In this document: one piece after another, positions 49,025-58,954 of the stretch
Numbering within the stretch: position 1 is the stretch's first letter
Layout: each line of letters begins with the position of its first letter
Source of the DNA: Ignavibacteriota bacterium
Lineage (GTDB): Bacteria > Bacteroidota > Ignavibacteria > Palsa-1295
Length of the DNA: 64,000 nucleotides
Assembly: GCA_963787835.1 (NCBI GenBank)
Contig: CAWBEI010000005.1
Location: 224,001 to 288,000, forward strand
Direction: 5' to 3'
Notes under the pieces: generated by a model
Databases searched by the model: none
Seen by the model: only the letters and a program-made list of their open reading frames with translations
Told to the model about the DNA's origin: nothing
Made by a program: the position numbers and the translations under genes

Positions 49025-49032
49025 TAACTTTG
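49025..49032 (+). promoter_or_regulatory. -7 promoter box TAACTTTG
   Basis: Consensus match ~40 nt upstream of ATG 49072. Confidence 0.55.
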
Positions 49033-49071
49033 TAGGAAAGTTAGGTTTTTAGTCATCCGAAGACACATAAC

Positions 49072-49377
49072 ATGGCATCCAGCACCCTCGTAACAATTAC
49101 TTACCGCGTCGCCGACGCAAAACGGTTCGAACTTGAAGCAATTCTACTTCCGCTTGTGGAGAAAATTAACTCTCTCCAGCAAACTGTCCGCTTTTCTGTC
49201 TATCAGGAGGAAGATGAACCCTCGGAGTTCGTTGAAGTCTATGAATGCGATTCTCCGGATGACTACGACGCGCTCGAAGACGATCTCGATGAAGAGACTC
49301 GCGAGCAGATCCGTCGTATAGCGACCGATTTTGCGCAAACACGGCAAGCCGTGATGAGCCTCCGGAAACTTGCTTAA
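49072..49377 (+). CDS. Small acidic hypothetical protein (possible dimeric alpha-beta barrel fold)
   Basis: 101 aa; VTITYRV...EFVEVYE pattern; promoter box upstream. Confidence 0.7.
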   Translation: MASSTLVTITYRVADAKRFELEAILLPLVEKINSLQQTVRFSVYQEEDEPSEFVEVYECDSPDDYDALEDDLDEETREQIRRIATDFAQTRQAVMSLRKLA

Positions 49378-49411
49378 GCTCTGCTAGGAATTAGTGTATT
49401 TGATCTCGCCG

Positions 49412-52400
49412 CTAAAAATCTTCACCAAGGGAAATGATATAAACCGGTGGGGACCATGTTTCGATGTTCGTGGTCCAGGCGAGATCGAAGTGAATATAGA
49501 ATCCAAATAGGTAGGTTCGAATTCCCGTGCCGGTCGAAAGCAATAACTGCCGTGTTTCCCAATTGCCGGTGGCAACGTCCTTTTGAAAGAAATAAATGTC
49601 GTGGTCCCACGCCGCGCCGGCATCGATGAACGAATCTCCGAAAAAGGCTATTGGAAACCCACCTATCGTGATAGGAAATGGGTAGCGTAACTCGAGATTT
49701 CCAATAGTGTAATGTGTCCCGATCTCGGCATCATAGGCAAATCCTCGGAGTGGTAAACCCGGAGTGAAGAATGCAAAATCCTGCGGTGACGTGATAGGAA
49801 TTCCTTGTGTCTGATAAAATGGATTGATCCAGCTATCGACGCCGCCAATAAAGAAATTTTGAGGAGTAGGTCCGAAACTGGCAGCACCGGTAATACGAGC
49901 TGCTAATGAAAATTGTCCGACGATCTTAAAATATTGCCGAAGATCGAACTGAGGAGTGACGAAGCCAAGCCAATTCGATGAGATCATAGGAGCTGCTGAG
50001 ACGCTCAGATTGATTCGACTTCCATCGATGGGATAAAAATAGCTTTCTAAGGCATCGTCATGCACATAGGAGATCTGTGGAAAAATCGCGTACGCCGTTT
50101 TCGTGGGAACATTTTGGCTCACAATGAGATCCTTTTGAAAGATAGATCCTGTGAGTGAGAGATCGATCCTTGAAAATCTCGAGAGCGGATATGCCGCAAC
50201 GCCGGCAATTCCGGTAGAGGTAAAACGCGCAATAGGGTAGGCTACGTTGGGGGCATCGGGATCGGAAACCTCTTCAACGAACGCCGCGCTATGGTATCCT
50301 TGTATGCCCCAGTTAATACGATTAGTAAGGTTGTAATAGGCGCCCAGATAGTCAGAATTTTTCAGATCAATAATAAGATTTGTGGCAAAGAAAAGTTGTT
50401 GATTGCCAAGTTCGTCTGAAAATAACATTTGCGTAGTTCCCTGCAAGCCATAGAACCCCGTATATCCGGCAGATCCAATGATAACATCGGGTGAAAAGAC
50501 AGTCCGGTATTGATGAGCAATGTATTGCCCGGAGGTGTCCTTGTAGTTCGTTACAACTTCCGCAGGGAGCTTATGCTCGTTTTGCATGATCGTTCCGCGG
50601 TTCTCAGTCGGGTTATTGCTATACACGTAATTGTGAAGATCCACGCCGACGTTGCCGTAGCCTTTGGCGGTGTCCTGATTAACCGTTCGGTTAGACGTAT
50701 CCAATCTTGCGACCAGGCGTCCGCCATCATTCTTTCGGAACTCGGTTAATGGGAGCGAATCGACATGCAGCGAAGAGGGATTTCGAATCAAACATAGATC
50801 GTACGCTCCTTTGTGCATTGTAGAGAAGCAGAGCTTTGTCCCATCATACGAGAGTGAAATTTGATCTATTTTTGAAACGGAATTTGTGAGAGGGCGGGAA
50901 TGGGAACCGTCCGAATCTGCAATATAGATATTATTGATGCCATTGGCATCGCTAATGTAATAGAGTTTATTATCCTGGGCCATGATCGGATAATATTCAT
51001 TCGCGATCGGTGATGACGTGATCCGAGAGATGGTGTTCTTTGTGAGGTCATAGCGATAAATATCGCGGTTCGGGCTTTCGAAAAATACATCGCTTGGGTA
51101 GGATATAGGATACTGACCGGGGATTATATTATTTTCGCGTTCGCTTGTGAAGTAGATCGCCTTCGAATCAGGCGACCACGATGGTTCGTGATCGGAAAAA
51201 GCATCGTTCGTAAGATTTCGAGCCTGCTCCTTATCCAGATCGTAAAGATAAATATCAGACTGTCCGCCTTTAGTAGCAACGAACGTAAGGAACTTGCCAT
51301 CCGGTGACCATTTGAGTCCACCAATCCCATCGACATCGATATTTGGTAATTTCCTTTGCGGCTCATTCCCATTGACGTCAAGAATGAATATGGCGTCCGT
51401 CTCGCCAGCTTTCGAGGCCAGTGCAACATGTTTGGCATCCGGAGCCCAGCTTAGCCCCGGCGAAAGTAAATGAAGTTCTTCAAAATTAGTACTCGCACCG
51501 CCACCTCCCAGGATCTTCTTGATCTTCCCTTGTTGGGTAAGGCTCTGAACATACACATCATAGTAGCCATTTCTGTCGCTAATAAAAGCCACGACATCTC
51601 CTTGCGGAGAGACCGATGGCGAGACGTTCATATAGCCTCCGACCTTCTTGTGATCGGCAAGCACCTCGGCATAATCGCTGGGGTCTTCGAACCGCGAAAT
51701 GTCCGGGAAGTAAAGAACTTTAAGTGCCGCAAGGAACTTATCGCCGAACTCACTGACCGACATCCCGAACGTCGATCGAAAACCGGATTCTACACTGTGG
51801 CTGAACTGGATCCTGTGGAGTAGCTCGCCAACTTTTTCAGGTCCATATTTTTGAGAAATATACCAATACATCGTTTGTCCAACGCGGTATTGTACATATC
51901 CACCCAATCGCGCAAGTGGGGGAACGGCATCGTTCAGCGTGGCATCGCGCATAAACATATCTGTTTCGATGTCGAGGCCATGTAACGAGTTAAATTCAGC
52001 AAGACCTTCATTCATCCAACTCGGAATTTCCATTCCGCCGCCGGTCAGCAACGATTGATATGTTCCGCCAATGAACATATCGTTAACCACGGCATGCGTT
52101 AGTTCGTGATGAATGACGTGACGAAACAGCTCATAATCGCCCTCGAACGGGATCACAACCCGGTTTTTCAATAGCTCGGTTACGCCACCAACACCTTCCG
52201 GCAGAAATTCCCCGACCGCATTGGTTTGCTGAAAATCGTTATGGGAATCATAAACAAGGATCGCTACCCGATTCGTGATGTCGTATTGCATAACGCGCTC
52301 GATTGAATCGAGGGCGCGTTCGGCATGATCGGCAACAAACTCTGCGAGTATCTTTCCGCCCTGATAAAAATAGACATCGAAATGTGGCGACTGGATAAAT

Positions 52401-52576
52401 TGCCAGTTAAAATCCTTGTATTCAACTTTATTCTTACCATAGATCGCACCGACCTGCGCTCTTGCTGGCGCGGAAAAGATGAAAGATGAAAGATGAAAGA
52501 TGAACAGAACAGCGAATAAGTTCAGCCACTTAATCGCGAGTAAAAAAGGAAGGTTTTTAGAGAAATTTAATTTCAT
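49412..52576 (-). CDS. Omp85/BamA-TamA family barrel fused to a peptidase MA-like domain and PD40/TolB propeller
   Basis: YGKNKVEY, HHELTH, WMNEGLAE, WSPDG repeats, LRGFAY, NLELRYP, terminal LGEDF. Confidence 0.88.
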   Translation of the reverse strand: MKLNFSKNLPFLLAIKWLNLFAVLFIFHLSSFIFSAPARAQVGAIYGKNKVEYKDFNWQFIQSPHFDVYFYQGGKILAEFVADHAERALDSIERVMQYDITNRVAILVYDSHNDFQQTNAVGEFLPEGVGGVTELLKNRVVIPFEGDYELFRHVIHHELTHAVVNDMFIGGTYQSLLTGGGMEIPSWMNEGLAEFNSLHGLDIETDMFMRDATLNDAVPPLARLGGYVQYRVGQTMYWYISQKYGPEKVGELLHRIQFSHSVESGFRSTFGMSVSEFGDKFLAALKVLYFPDISRFEDPSDYAEVLADHKKVGGYMNVSPSVSPQGDVVAFISDRNGYYDVYVQSLTQQGKIKKILGGGGASTNFEELHLLSPGLSWAPDAKHVALASKAGETDAIFILDVNGNEPQRKLPNIDVDGIGGLKWSPDGKFLTFVATKGGQSDIYLYDLDKEQARNLTNDAFSDHEPSWSPDSKAIYFTSERENNIIPGQYPISYPSDVFFESPNRDIYRYDLTKNTISRITSSPIANEYYPIMAQDNKLYYISDANGINNIYIADSDGSHSRPLTNSVSKIDQISLSYDGTKLCFSTMHKGAYDLCLIRNPSSLHVDSLPLTEFRKNDGGRLVARLDTSNRTVNQDTAKGYGNVGVDLHNYVYSNNPTENRGTIMQNEHKLPAEVVTNYKDTSGQYIAHQYRTVFSPDVIIGSAGYTGFYGLQGTTQMLFSDELGNQQLFFATNLIIDLKNSDYLGAYYNLTNRINWGIQGYHSAAFVEEVSDPDAPNVAYPIARFTSTGIAGVAAYPLSRFSRIDLSLTGSIFQKDLIVSQNVPTKTAYAIFPQISYVHDDALESYFYPIDGSRINLSVSAAPMISSNWLGFVTPQFDLRQYFKIVGQFSLAARITGAASFGPTPQNFFIGGVDSWINPFYQTQGIPITSPQDFAFFTPGLPLRGFAYDAEIGTHYTIGNLELRYPFPITIGGFPIAFFGDSFIDAGAAWDHDIYFFQKDVATGNWETRQLLLSTGTGIRTYLFGFYIHFDLAWTTNIETWSPPVYIISLGEDF
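52475..52504. repeat. (AAAGATG)4 heptamer repeat inside a signal-peptide coding region
   Basis: Read directly; encodes FIFHLSSFIF on the minus strand. Confidence 0.85.
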
Positions 52577-52579
52577 CTT

Positions 52580-53581
52580 TTATATTTCAAACCTCATACT
52601 TGTCCTGACCTGGGCAATGATGACTCCGAGAATAATAAGCCCTGCTCCTAACACCTCGGCAAAACCAATTTGTTCGGTGAGCAAAAATTCAGCGATCACC
52701 ATGGCCACGACCGGCTCCAACATATAGATAACCGCAGCCGTGGCCGGCGTCACAACATTTTGATAACGCGCTTGTAAATAGCTGGTCGCTCCGGTGCAGA
52801 TCAGGGCCGTAAATACAAGCGCACCAATAGCATACGGCGTCAAAGTAAAATGCTCCTGCCCCATCACAGGAAGAAAGCCAAGCATGATCACGGAGGCGGC
52901 GACGAGTTGCGTAGAGGCGACCATCATTGCGGCGGAATGATCGTCCCCGGTTATATTAGCGGCGGTATGAAGCGCTTTATCGACCCATACGATGTACACT
53001 CCGAACACGGCTGCGCAGCTAAGCGTCAGAAAATCGCCGAGGCTGACCCCTTTGCCCTCAAACGGATGTGTCATAAAAAAGATACCGGCGAAGGTGCACA
53101 GTACGGCGATCCCAAGCTTCAGCGTCAGCTTTTCGCGTCCCGTTAGGATCGAGATGAGCGGAGTCCAGATGACGGCCGTAGAAGTAAGAAATGCCGATTT
53201 CGATGTCGTCGTTGTGAGCAACCCGACGGTCTGCAAGATATATCCTACGCCGATGGTCACACCAAGCACCAGCACATTCCGCCGAAATGCTCGCTCGGCA
53301 GGCGTCTTTGGAACAAAGAGCAATTTAGCTCCCAACCGTGCATCGCGAGAGAACGCAAGGAACACAATGCTCACGAGCGAAAACCGTGCAACGACGAACG
53401 CCGTCGGCGATGCATCCGCAAGCGCGCGCTGCACGACCGCGAACGTCGATCCCCAAATAATGGGGATGGAAATGATCGAGATCAGCCCCGTCGCGCGCCG
53501 ATTATGCTCTGAACCGTGATTAATGGGATTAATGAGATTTATAGGATAATGATTTATGAGCTTGAATGGGCTATGCAACAC
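52580..53581 (-). CDS. EamA/DMT family transporter
   Basis: IWGSTF, LQTVGLLTTTTSKSAFLT, GDFLTL, IYMLEPV; start uncertain. Confidence 0.9.
   Translation of the reverse strand: MLHSPFKLINHYPINLINPINHGSEHNRRATGLISIISIPIIWGSTFAVVQRALADASPTAFVVARFSLVSIVFLAFSRDARLGAKLLFVPKTPAERAFRRNVLVLGVTIGVGYILQTVGLLTTTTSKSAFLTSTAVIWTPLISILTGREKLTLKLGIAVLCTFAGIFFMTHPFEGKGVSLGDFLTLSCAAVFGVYIVWVDKALHTAANITGDDHSAAMMVASTQLVAASVIMLGFLPVMGQEHFTLTPYAIGALVFTALICTGATSYLQARYQNVVTPATAAVIYMLEPVVAMVIAEFLLTEQIGFAEVLGAGLIILGVIIAQVRTSMRFEI
53511..53555. repeat. GAACCGTGATT-(N4GGATT)n nonamer repeat at the EamA 5' end
   Basis: gaaccgtgatt aatgggatt aatgagatt tataggat; same family as 15753. Confidence 0.65.
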
Positions 53582-53624
53582 TCAATCGCGAAAATCATTT
53601 TAGCAAACCAAGCTAAATTTAAGA

Positions 53625-53683
53625 TGTCATCCTGAGCGGAGTTCGACGTAGCGAAGCGGAGACGAACGGAGTCGAAGGATCTC
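53625..53683. repeat. Half copy of the GTCATCCTGAG palindromic element
   Basis: TGTCATCCTGAGCGGAG-hairpin-GTCGAAGGATCTC, matching one arm of 2082-2213. Confidence 0.85.
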
Positions 53684-53703
53684 CGGTGGTTAACCGTGAC
53701 TTT

Positions 53704-53780
53704 GTAGCCGTGACTTTTAAGTCACGGTGAGATGGCTGAAATCGATTGCTCCGACACCGTGACCTAAAGGTCACGGCTAC
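53704..53780. repeat. GTAG-type REP doublet (CCGTG family)
   Basis: GTAGCCGTGACTTTTAAGTCACGGTG...CACCGTGACCTAAAGGTCACGGCTAC. Confidence 0.9.
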
Positions 53781-53801
53781 CAATGCCTAAGCAAATCCCA
53801 G

Positions 53802-55913
53802 TTACCTGGTCACCACCATCGGCACCCGCTGCACCTGCCCATTTACTCGGACAATGCACTCATACATCCCCGGCGCCATTCCGCTTGCATCCCAGGTAAA
53901 TGAATGATTCCCCGCCGAAAGCGCGCCCGAAAATAGTTGCGCCACTTGCGCGCCGAGGAGATTCACGACCATCACCTCCGCGAAGCCCACATCTTGCGAC
54001 GAGAAGGTTACCGTCGTGGATCGCGAGAAGGGATTAGGGTAGGATTGAATTTGGGGTGGGGATGAAGCGGTTTGCGCGACGGTGCTTATGGGGATCATTT
54101 CTGAAAGAGCTCGCCGCCAAACGCCGCCGCTATACCCACTTGTAAAAAGATTATCGTGTAAGGATGCGAGTGAATATACAAAAATGAGGGGTAGGCCAGA
54201 ATCCACGGCTGACCATGAAAGGCCTTTATTAGTAGTGAGAAAAACAGTATTACTTCCTTCCTCTGTGCCAGCAAATAAACTCGAGCCGCTTACTTCAAAA
54301 CAAGTGACGTAAGGATCAAATAGATCGCTGTCAGAAGGCCCCCATGTTACACCCTCATTTGTCGATTGAAAGATACCATCTTGATACGTTCCAGCGAACA
54401 AAATTGACTCGCACAGGGTCAACGCGCGAACACCAAGTTGTTGAGGTAATGTAAAACCTGTTTTATGCCAATCTACTCCCATGTCTGTGGAAATGAAAAT
54501 ATCATTGACACCGCCTGCAATGACAAGCGAGTCTAAGCTGAAAAGAGAAAGTATATAAGGATCGGTTAACCCATTGCTACAGATTGTCCAGCTTATGCCA
54601 TAATCTGTTGAGCTATATAAGGTTTGAGTATTCAATTCGCATGCAAAAAGAGTGTGGCCAGCAAATGTGATTGGAGGGCTGAAATTCACATTTAGAAGAG
54701 TCCAACTTTTCCCGTTGTCGCTGGATTTGAATAATCCAGCATCTGTCGCTCCGAAGAAGTTACTATCGCGCATAGCAATAGATTGAGGGTGAGAAAGCGA
54801 TAGGTTTGTCAATCCGTTATTTAAGGCAGTCCAGCTCGTACCATCATCAGAAGAGACAAAAATGCCCGTGCCATTCGTTGTAGCATACAAGTTCGAGCCA
54901 GTGGTTATTATGGAAGTTACCTCACTTGCTATGATTCCAACGTTGTCAGGATTCCAACTCTCTCCACTATCAGTTGAGACGAAGACACCTCCAGATGTTC
55001 CAGCAAATATTCGATTGCTATCTATTAAAAGTGTTTGAACATCAGCCGTTGATGAAAGACCTTGATTGACTGGAGTCCAGAAATTACCATTATCATCGGA
55101 ACGGAAGATACCATTGGAGTTTGTGGCGACAAAAAGGTATTGACCAATTACCCCAAAAGCATTAATGGTGTTAGCTCTCAGGCCTGAATCTGCATGCACC
55201 CAATTTGCACCACTATCAGTGGAGCGAAATATTCCTTCACTGTAAGTTCCAGCAAAAAGAGTGGTACTGTTCACGCCAAGTGCAGAAACATTCACGCCTG
55301 TTAAATCAAAGGTCACTAAGCCATTATTAACCCCTGTCCAGCTTTGGCCATAGTTTGTCGAAAGAAAGACGCCTTCCCCATTTGTTCCCGCAAAAAGATT
55401 CGTGCCAACCGAAGCTAGGGCAACGATGTCAGGTTTGTCCTCTGGTAATCCAGAATCTACAGCTATCCAACTTATTCCATTATCGTTGGATCTGAAAACC
55501 TCTATACCAAGAGCCGCAAAAATATTGTTGTTAATAGTTGCCACCGAATATAGCGGGCCGTAAGAAATCCCATTTGTATCTGCTTTCCAATCAATGCCGC
55601 CATCAGTCGAAATGTAGAGTCCGCGGACGTAGATTCCAGCCAAAATGTTTGAGCCGGAGATAAAAAAGGCATTTGGAAGTATTGCTCCTATATTCAAGCT
55701 GCTCTTCATGGATTCCCAGGTTGAGCCGTCATCAGTAGAAGTGAAAATTCCATTTTCAAATGTTGCAGCAAAAATAGTTGAGGCACTTTTAGCTAGAGCC
55801 GTAATGTCTCCTCCATACGGTCCATTCGTTTGCACCCACTGCGCGTATGCGTTCGGGATTGCACCGAAAGCAAGAGCAAAAATCGAAGCAATGTGAATGA
55901 GATTGCGTTTCAT
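53802..55913 (-). CDS. T9SS-secreted BNR/Asp-box repeat protein
   Basis: MKRNLIH signal, QWVQTNGPYGG, STDxGxSW repeats, CTD YPNPFSRSTT...PGMYECIV. Confidence 0.88.
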   Translation of the reverse strand: MKRNLIHIASIFALAFGAIPNAYAQWVQTNGPYGGDITALAKSASTIFAATFENGIFTSTDDGSTWESMKSSLNIGAILPNAFFISGSNILAGIYVRGLYISTDGGIDWKADTNGISYGPLYSVATINNNIFAALGIEVFRSNDNGISWIAVDSGLPEDKPDIVALASVGTNLFAGTNGEGVFLSTNYGQSWTGVNNGLVTFDLTGVNVSALGVNSTTLFAGTYSEGIFRSTDSGANWVHADSGLRANTINAFGVIGQYLFVATNSNGIFRSDDNGNFWTPVNQGLSSTADVQTLLIDSNRIFAGTSGGVFVSTDSGESWNPDNVGIIASEVTSIITTGSNLYATTNGTGIFVSSDDGTSWTALNNGLTNLSLSHPQSIAMRDSNFFGATDAGLFKSSDNGKSWTLLNVNFSPPITFAGHTLFACELNTQTLYSSTDYGISWTICSNGLTDPYILSLFSLDSLVIAGGVNDIFISTDMGVDWHKTGFTLPQQLGVRALTLCESILFAGTYQDGIFQSTNEGVTWGPSDSDLFDPYVTCFEVSGSSLFAGTEEGSNTVFLTTNKGLSWSAVDSGLPLIFVYSLASLHDNLFTSGYSGGVWRRALSEMIPISTVAQTASSPPQIQSYPNPFSRSTTVTFSSQDVGFAEVMVVNLLGAQVAQLFSGALSAGNHSFTWDASGMAPGMYECIVRVNGQVQRVPMVVTR

Positions 55914-56045
55914 GGTTAGTTGAGTTAGTCGGGGATCATCTCTCATTGTTTAAAACGCGCAGGGTCGCTCGGGTTACAAAAAAATCTTTGCTTTTCTGAA
56001 AATAAATTTAGCCATCATTCAAATTAGCTCAAAATCACCATTTAT

Positions 56046-57392
56046 TTATCCTCGCCCCGGCCATCTCCTCCTTCGCCCATGATTTGCTTTCTGCTTTTGG
56101 TTGGAGTGCTGGGCGGGGTTCTGCTGTTGCCGCTGCTGGTTTCCATCCTGCCGAGGCTCAAGCTTTGTTTTCGCGTGCTGCGGTTTCGAATGCTGTTGTG
56201 GCTTCGCAATATTGAGTTGTGGAGCGGGGCCGCGATCGTCATGAGCGTGGGACCTATCGCTATGACCGAACGGATTATCGTGCGCGACGGGAATTTTCTT
56301 TCCGGTCAGCTTTTCGATGTCGCGGATGTAGGGTTTTTCGTCCGGTTGGCAGAAGGAGATCGCGTTCCCGGATGCACCGGCGCGCCCCGTGCGTCCGATG
56401 CGATGCACATAGGTTTCGGGGATATTCGGAATTTCGTAGTTGATGACGTATTGCAGTTCATCAATATCAATTCCGCGCGCGGCGATGTCGGTTGCGACAA
56501 GCACGCGCGTTTTCTGCAACTTGAAATTATTGAGTGCGCGCTGCCGGGCATTCTGCGCTTTGTTGCCGTGAATGGCTTCGGCGCTGATACGATTTTTCTC
56601 TAATGTTCTGGCCACAACATCTGCGCCGCGTTTGGTGCGTGTAAAAACGAGTGCGCTCTTGATGTTTCTGTCATCTAAGATGTGAAGCAATAGATCGGGC
56701 TTCTTTGCTTTCTCGACAAAATACACCGATTGCTGTATCAGATCGACCGTGCTTGCCGGTGGCGTGACGGTAACTTTTACCGGATGATTAAGAATATCAG
56801 CCGCAAGCGATACGATCGCAGGTGGCATTGTAGCAGAAAAGAAAAGCGTCTGACGTTTCTCGGGCAGATCTGAGATAATATCTTTTACGTCATGCACGAA
56901 ACCCATATCGAGCATACGGTCGGCTTCATCGAGCACGAAGATCTCGACATGCCGCAGATCAACGTATCCCTGATCCATCAGATCGAGCAGGCGCCCCGGC
57001 GTGGCGACGACAATATCCACTCCTCGGTGCAATGCGTTCGTCTGCGCGCCTTGCTTTACACCTCCGAAGATAACAATGCTCGAAAGCCCCATGTAGCGGC
57101 CGTACGCTTCGAAGCTTTCCTCGATCTGCACGGCGAGCTCGCGCGTGGGTGTTAGGATGAGGCATCGAATATGCTTTTTCTTCCCGTGAGCTTTATTTGC
57201 TCCGAGCAATTGAAGAATCGGCACAGCAAACGCGGCTGTCTTGCCCGTTCCAGTTTGGGCAACTCCGAGCAGGTCCTTTCTTTGCAGGACGATCGGGATG
57301 GCTTGCTGCTGAATCGGTGTGGGAGTGCGATAGCCCTCATCGTGCAATGCGCGAAGAATTGGCTCGATAATACCTAATGGTTGGAATGACAT
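56046..57392 (-). CDS. rhlE: DEAD-box RNA helicase (RhlE-like)
   Basis: [36 protein letters not shown]. Confidence 0.93.
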   Translation of the reverse strand: MSFQPLGIIEPILRALHDEGYRTPTPIQQQAIPIVLQRKDLLGVAQTGTGKTAAFAVPILQLLGANKAHGKKKHIRCLILTPTRELAVQIEESFEAYGRYMGLSSIVIFGGVKQGAQTNALHRGVDIVVATPGRLLDLMDQGYVDLRHVEIFVLDEADRMLDMGFVHDVKDIISDLPEKRQTLFFSATMPPAIVSLAADILNHPVKVTVTPPASTVDLIQQSVYFVEKAKKPDLLLHILDDRNIKSALVFTRTKRGADVVARTLEKNRISAEAIHGNKAQNARQRALNNFKLQKTRVLVATDIAARGIDIDELQYVINYEIPNIPETYVHRIGRTGRAGASGNAISFCQPDEKPYIRDIEKLTGKKIPVAHDNPFGHSDRSHAHDDRGPAPQLNIAKPQQHSKPQHAKTKLEPRQDGNQQRQQQNPAQHSNQKQKANHGRRRRWPGRG

Positions 57393-57431
57393 AAGCGCTG
57401 TAACGCTCAGCGGGCAAGTATCGTCAACAGC

Positions 57432-58760
57432 TTATTTAGCGAGTATCACCGGAATCTGCTTCTTCTGCCCATTTATTTGCATCGCGACCTCGTATATTCC
57501 GGGCTCCATTCCGTTGGCATTCCATGTGAAGGAATGCTCGCCGGCGGTAAGCTCGCCAGAAAATATATTCGCCACGTTCGAGCCAAGGAGATTCACGATG
57601 GTTACCACAGCATAACCTTCTTCGTTTGTTGAGAACACGATTGTTGCTGATTGTGACAGGGGATCAGGATAGCATTCAAGTTGTACTGGAATGGATGGGT
57701 TTTTCGTAACAGTGCTCGAAGCGAGCAGCTCCGAAAGCGGTGTTCGCCAGACGCCGGAACCATACGTTCCGGCGAAAACAATAGCGGATGATGAATTCGA
57801 ACCAGTCCACGCAAAAGAATAGGTGGCACCATCCGTCAAGTTTCCATTGGCCGCACTCCAGGTTACCCCGCTGTCGAGTGAAAGAAAAATGCCGCCGCCA
57901 TCGGTACCGGCCAAAAGAATAACTGCTGATGAAGGAATTGCCAGCGAAGCAAGAGAAAGAACATCAACATCCGACATGCCATCACTCATTTCGGTCCAAT
58001 TCTCACCATTATTTATGGAACGAAATACGCCCCCTCCATACGTCCCTGCAAGGATAATCGGTGAAGAGCTATCGGGATCGATCGTTGCAATTGCAGAAAT
58101 ATATGGCGCCCATAACCCGCTATTTATCGCTGACCAACTTACGCCATTGTTCGATGAAAGATACATGCCGCTATCCGTCCCAGCAAAGATCAACGGACGT
58201 GATGAAGTCGCTCCTGTGACTGTGAGTGAAAGAATATCAGAATCATTCAGGCCAGTATTCGTTGGAGTCCAGAGTGTACCGTTGTTAGTAGAGACATAAA
58301 TTCCATTCCCTCCTGAGCCGGCAAATATCACTGGAGCAGTTGAATTGATGTTCGTAACGGCAAGCGCTTGGATATCGGTATTTATTGCGTTGGTATCTGT
58401 GATCTTCCAACTTGCGGCACTATCCGTGGAGATGAAAACACCACCATCGGTCGCGGCAAGAAACATAGATGTCTTACTTACACCACCCACATCATTGGCT
58501 GGGATAACGGCAAGTGTCTCAATTTGTATATCTGATAGACCGGAATCGGCCACATTCCAGTTGGAACCATTATCAGTCGAAAGAAAAAGTCCGGAAACCG
58601 TACCGGCAAAAAGCTTTGGTGACATTGAATTCGAGTCGGCCACCAAGAAGGCATCGACCGTTTGTGTAGAAGGGCCATTCGTTGGCACCCATTGCGCGCG
58701 CGCGCGATCGCTTTGTGCAGCGAGCAACATGACGAGACAGATAATTGCGAGAGATCGCAT
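57432..58760 (-). CDS. T9SS-secreted BNR/Asp-box repeat protein (shorter paralog)
   Basis: QWVPTNGP, STDNGSNW repeats, CTD YPDPLSQS...PGIYEV. Confidence 0.85.
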   Translation of the reverse strand: MRSLAIICLVMLLAAQSDRARAQWVPTNGPSTQTVDAFLVADSNSMSPKLFAGTVSGLFLSTDNGSNWNVADSGLSDIQIETLAVIPANDVGGVSKTSMFLAATDGGVFISTDSAASWKITDTNAINTDIQALAVTNINSTAPVIFAGSGGNGIYVSTNNGTLWTPTNTGLNDSDILSLTVTGATSSRPLIFAGTDSGMYLSSNNGVSWSAINSGLWAPYISAIATIDPDSSSPIILAGTYGGGVFRSINNGENWTEMSDGMSDVDVLSLASLAIPSSAVILLAGTDGGGIFLSLDSGVTWSAANGNLTDGATYSFAWTGSNSSSAIVFAGTYGSGVWRTPLSELLASSTVTKNPSIPVQLECYPDPLSQSATIVFSTNEEGYAVVTIVNLLGSNVANIFSGELTAGEHSFTWNANGMEPGIYEVAMQINGQKKQIPVILAK

Positions 58761-58954
58761 TTAGAAGTGGAATCAGATCATATTTTGAAAGCAGCGGATG
58801 CCGAAAATAGTGCCTGATTTCGAGAAAACAACTAACGATTCCTGGTTTTTGGTGTTCCTAAATGTCAGAGGCAGCTATTTGAAATTGCTTCGTGGAATGA
58901 TGGTTCAAACAGTGACATCATTCTATCAGCGATCACATTATTATTATACGTCCC

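Noticed and set aside
56046-56300. Gln/Arg-rich tail of the DEAD-box helicase
   Set aside because: Basic disordered C-terminal tails are normal for RhlE-type helicases.
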